64,000 bases of DNA from Lama glama. Lineage: Eukaryota. The number at the start of each line of letters is the position of its first letter. Within the stretch, counting starts at the first letter, position 1. The notes beneath the pieces are model-generated. The model saw nothing but the letters and a program-made list of their open reading frames with translations. It ran no database searches and was not told the origin of the DNA. Shown piece after piece: positions 49,046-64,000 of the stretch. Made by a program: the position numbers and the translations under genes. Location of the stretch: assembly GCA_028534125.1 (NCBI GenBank), contig CM052832.1, forward strand, positions 23,376,001 to 23,440,000, read 5' to 3'.

Positions 49046-49443
49046 CATTAAAAGAAACTTTAAAAATTAGAGTGAGATACCAGGAGAAATTCTAAGCTTA
49101 CAAAAGTTATGAAGTGTGGAATGCTTTTTTTATGTGTGTGTGCTTTTTTTAAAAACTTAAACCTTTTTACTCCAATGTTAAGATATAATTCAATTTGTTT
49201 AAAAAATCTCTCCTAATGTTATTATGAGACATGCCTCTACCATCAGACTCACTGAAAAGTAATTTTCTAAATGGCTCTTCCTTGGATATTGAAATATTTT
49301 TTAAAAAGCCATATTGCTGAGGATAGTAGAGTTTCATGTCATTCATGCATAGATTTGAAATGTCCTTAGAATGACAGCATTGCAAACATTTTCCATTTAG
49401 GCACTGGAGGCATTTGCTATGAGCCAAAGTTATCTACGGAACT

Positions 49444-63876
<14,433 letters not shown>

Positions 63877-64000
63877 ATGAGACGTAAACAGAAGCAAGTC
63901 ATATCAACATGTTTTTGAGCAACTGGAAATTGTGCTAAGGCACGAAAATGTAATAGATGACTTTTGGGGAAAAAATTATTCACAAATCGTATCACAGATC

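Overview
Mammalian genomic DNA, most likely camelid judging by the tRNA-derived SINE family and young L1 3' ends (inference). It holds two intact, intron-containing genes arranged head-to-head around one CpG island (~43.7-44.95 kb). KDM1B (LSD2, FAD-dependent H3K4 demethylase) is on the minus strand: 20 coding exons from 40896 down to 2167, 2463 nt, 820 aa plus stop, with a ~1.9 kb 3' UTR. TPMT (thiopurine S-methyltransferase) is on the plus strand: 8 coding exons from 49444 to 63876, 738 nt, 245 aa plus stop. All coding junctions were read by hand and are GT-AG with a continuous frame. Introns contain nine SINE copies, L1, MaLR, MER and Tigger relics and three N-gaps, one flanked by a probable false duplication. 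I found no evidence of a new standalone biological system. The best leads are regulatory: inverted SINE pairs bracketing exons of both genes, an out-of-frame upstream ORF overlapping the TPMT start, a (GCC)7 tract in the shared promoter, a MER53/miR-1302-like hairpin, extreme exon-scale GC3 mosaicism and a few notable substitutions. Comparisons with human sequences and repeat family names are from memory, not from searches.
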